This document shows positions 62,401 to 64,000 of a stretch of 64,000 bases of DNA, one piece after another. Source of the stretch: a virus (taxonomy: Duplodnaviria; Caudoviricetes); the IMG/VR virus record IMGVR_UViG_3300028048_000001, positions 160,001 to 224,000 of that record. One strand, given 5' to 3'. Positions within the stretch are counted from its first letter, which is position 1. Every line of letters starts with the position of its first letter. Made by a program: the position numbers and the translations under genes. The notes under the pieces are model-generated. The model was not told the origin of the DNA, ran no database searches, and saw only the letters and a list, made by a program, of their open reading frames with translations.

Positions 62401-63282
62401 TGTAACATTAGCAATACCTGTTACTTGTATTGCTGTAAGGCCATTATAATATCCTGCTGGGATATAAAATATATCATCATTTGTTAATATTCTGGTTTCT
62501 TCTCCAGAATGATCTATCATGGTACCTTCAACTACTGTATTATAAAGAGTAGAATAGAATTTTTTCCCTTCCAATACATATTCTTTTTGAGTTGTAGCTT
62601 CAGATAACCATTCTCTAACAGCATCTTCTGTCTTAAAAGTTCCAACTATTTTCTCACCATTAACCCAAACAGTTTTACCTAAAGCTATATCTTTAGCTTC
62701 TGCATCACCTACAGTTTGAGATGAGAGATCTGCAGCAGTTATAACAGATTCTCCAGAAGATAATCCATATGGAATAATATACTCTTCTCCTGGTAATAAT
62801 ATTTTATCTATACGATATAAATATGGAATAGTACCAATTATTTTTTCTCTTCTAACCCATGCAGATTTACCAGACATTATATCATCTGCAGTAGCATTAG
62901 CATCCTGTTCATTAGAATCTACATCTAAAGTTCCAACTATTTTTTCACCATTAACCCATGCTACTTTGCCAGCAGCTATATCTTCTGCTTTAGCTGTACC
63001 ATAAGTATATTCAGATATACTAGGAGCTATTACTATTCCAGTACCATCATGATGCCCTTCTGGAATTATATAATAAGATTCTCTTCCATCTTCACTTGGT
63101 TCAAGAACTATATGAACAGATCCATTTTCTGGCATTGTACCAACTAATGGTTCTCTAGTAATAGCATCTTGAAATATATATCCTGACATTACACTATTAG
63201 ATGAAGCAATAGTTCCATTTCTATTAATCTCGGTAGACCTATTTGCTGCATCATTATCATAGTATAAAATATTATCAGCCAT
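59440..63282 (-). CDS. Repeat-rich tail fibre-like protein
   Basis: Many repeats of TAxDIxxxKTAWVNGxKITGT and YTIPxGYHDGTG. Confidence 0.8.
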   Translation of the reverse strand: MADNILYYDNDAANRSTEINRNGTIASSNSVMSGYIFQDAITREPLVGTMPENGSVHIVLEPSEDGRESYYIIPEGHHDGTGIVIAPSISEYTYGTAKAEDIAAGKVAWVNGEKIVGTLDVDSNEQDANATADDIMSGKSAWVRREKIIGTIPYLYRIDKILLPGEEYIIPYGLSSGESVITAADLSSQTVGDAEAKDIALGKTVWVNGEKIVGTFKTEDAVREWLSEATTQKEYVLEGKKFYSTLYNTVVEGTMIDHSGEETRILTNDDIFYIPAGYYNGLTAIQVTGIANVTIANMEPNDLIEGKTAWVNGEKITGTMPKIENLNEIVACDEIYNIPEGYHSGNGIVKGKDLASQTVADAKSIDIFEGKTAWVNGVKLTGTMPLRQTVEILLQPGESYSVLSGYHTGNDRIWTKSIEEQTIGTATANDLLEGSTAWVNGTEIAGTIPVINHQDISLDGGESYTIPKGYHDGTGIITATGTDAQTPGTATADDIIKDKTAWVDGVKLTGNIELTGTAISVQVLKGKTFYNNNVHQQITGELELTGDATADKVLRGYKFYSDDPFTKLEGTLELTGNAKTAHVLEGETFYTTYPDFKETGTMVNRGAITKRLDSGEVYTIPAGYHNGSGKITAPSIESVTEGTATVSDILSPKTAWVDGQKLTGTLELTGNAYPEHVVSGKTFYNTNAKSKQTGTMPTITDSDTVLYANESFILRTGYHDTQVTISSADLSDQTSGTATATDMLEGSTAWVNGEKVVGTIPIVEPESQTISAGESYTIPVGYHDGSEVITSESLNEQTIGTATEDNIIEGSTAWVNGIELIGTMPNIGTVDISLNGGDSYTIPKGYHDGTGTVIAAGTDTQTPGTATADDIIKDKTAWVDGIKLTGTIPIIDTIYEELLAGESFTISEGYHNGNGVIVATNLSDQTSATAESSDILINKTAWVNGEKITGTIPNIGSENDTINCGSIHTISEGYHDGTGKIIAATLASQTSATAESSDILINKTAWANGIKLTGTIPNIGSESEELLAGSTHTISAGYHDGTGVITTATLASQTPGNAVINNILINKTAWVNGTKITGTMPDIGSENDTINCGSIHTISEGYHDGTGKIIAATLASQTPGDAISDNILINKTAWVNGTKITGTMPNIGTVDISLNGGDSYIIPKGYHDGTGTVIAAGTDTQTPGDATVNDILENKIAWANGVKLIGTIPIRTGSNVTINAGDSVTVQAGYYPNGFVIKAATLESQTDSTAVPSDIVIDKTAWVKGEKITGVIIDGNEVAY

Positions 63283-63384
63283 TTGGGATTTTAGACTCCT
63301 TTAAGCAATATTAATATAATGTGCTCAAAGCCTAAGATTCAACTCCATAGTAATATTATGGCTATTCTATATAGGAGGAATATT

Positions 63385-64000
63385 ATGCCATTTACAGATT
63401 CTATTAAAATGGTTGATGTTGTTATATCAGATAAAGAATTAATTACAGCATCTCCTATTGATGTTGCTAATGGAAAAGTATATATTGGAACCACATCACA
63501 ATTAGAAACTGGTATTATGCCTGTTGCAGCATATTCTGGTGATATTAGTTTGCTTTCTGGAGAATCACACGTTGTACCTTTTGGAAAGATTCCACAATCT
63601 TATACGGTTACAGCTGCAGCTTTATCAAATCAAACTCCTGGAAATGCTATATCTGATAATATTCTTATTAATAAAACTGCCTGGGTTAATGGTGAAAAAA
63701 TAACCGGTACAATGCCAAGCATTGATTCTGAATCAATAGAATTACAATCTGGTGAAAGCTATACTATACCAGAAGGATATCATGATGGTACTGGAGTTAT
63801 AACAACTAGAGGAGTATCAGATCAGACTCCAGGAGATGCTGTAGCTTCTAATATTTTAAATGGAAAGATTGCATGGGTAAATGGAAGATCTATAACTGGT
63901 ACAATGCCTAATATTGGAACTGTTGATGTTTCTCTTAATGGAGGAGATTCATATACTATTCCAAAAGGATATCATGATGGTACTGGTAAAATAATTGCTG
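63385..64000 (+). CDS. Second repeat-rich tail fibre-like protein, truncated by the window edge
   Basis: AGGAGG RBS, ATG at 63385 (MPFTDSIKMVDV...), same KTAWVNG/GYHDGTG repeats; absent from the ORF track because it has no stop in the window. Confidence 0.8.
   Translation, partial: MPFTDSIKMVDVVISDKELITASPIDVANGKVYIGTTSQLETGIMPVAAYSGDISLLSGESHVVPFGKIPQSYTVTAAALSNQTPGNAISDNILINKTAWVNGEKITGTMPSIDSESIELQSGESYTIPEGYHDGTGVITTRGVSDQTPGDAVASNILNGKIAWVNGRSITGTMPNIGTVDVSLNGGDSYTIPKGYHDGTGKIIA

Noticed and set aside
1-64000. Alternative genetic code (stop-codon reassignment)
   Set aside because: Conserved genes are full length in the standard code; the only fragmented gene is explained by introns
59440-64000. 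Diversity-generating retroelement acting on the tail fibres
   Set aside because: No reverse transcriptase in the window; the repeats are coding modules and I saw no adenine-specific mismatch pattern
1-64000. tRNA, rRNA or chimallin genes
   Set aside because: None recognisable by eye; tRNAscan and HMM searches would be needed to exclude them

Overview
Very AT-rich segment of a jumbo-phage genome of the phiKZ/AR9(PBS1)-like type; the host is probably an anaerobic Firmicute (inferred from clostridial-type NrdD/NrdG, ThyA and cell-wall domains). Nearly all genes are on the minus strand and read in the standard code. It encodes three subunits of a split multisubunit RNA polymerase, a split family-B DNA polymerase, SbcC, NAD-dependent ligase, an SF2 helicase, ThyA/DHFR, NrdD/NrdG, a PARG-like macrodomain, a free-standing HNH endonuclease, virion proteins and two divergent repeat-rich tail-fibre genes. 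Main observations: (1) a short linear motif [MPL]-[RIV]-[EDNSP]-[AG]-[IL]-x-F recurs in tails or insertions of unrelated DNA-acting proteins, a candidate docking or compartment-import signal; (2) nrdD is split by four ORF-less group I introns, with an 8-nt micro-exon and one intron that appears to end in A instead of G; (3) a candidate structured RNA of about 230 nt follows a DIP1984-like gene; (4) the two tail-fibre genes share near-identical inverted repeats; (5) a 5 x 48-bp tandem repeat; (6) AR9-like late promoters in a phage that makes dTMP. All calls come from motif recognition by eye; no database searches were run.
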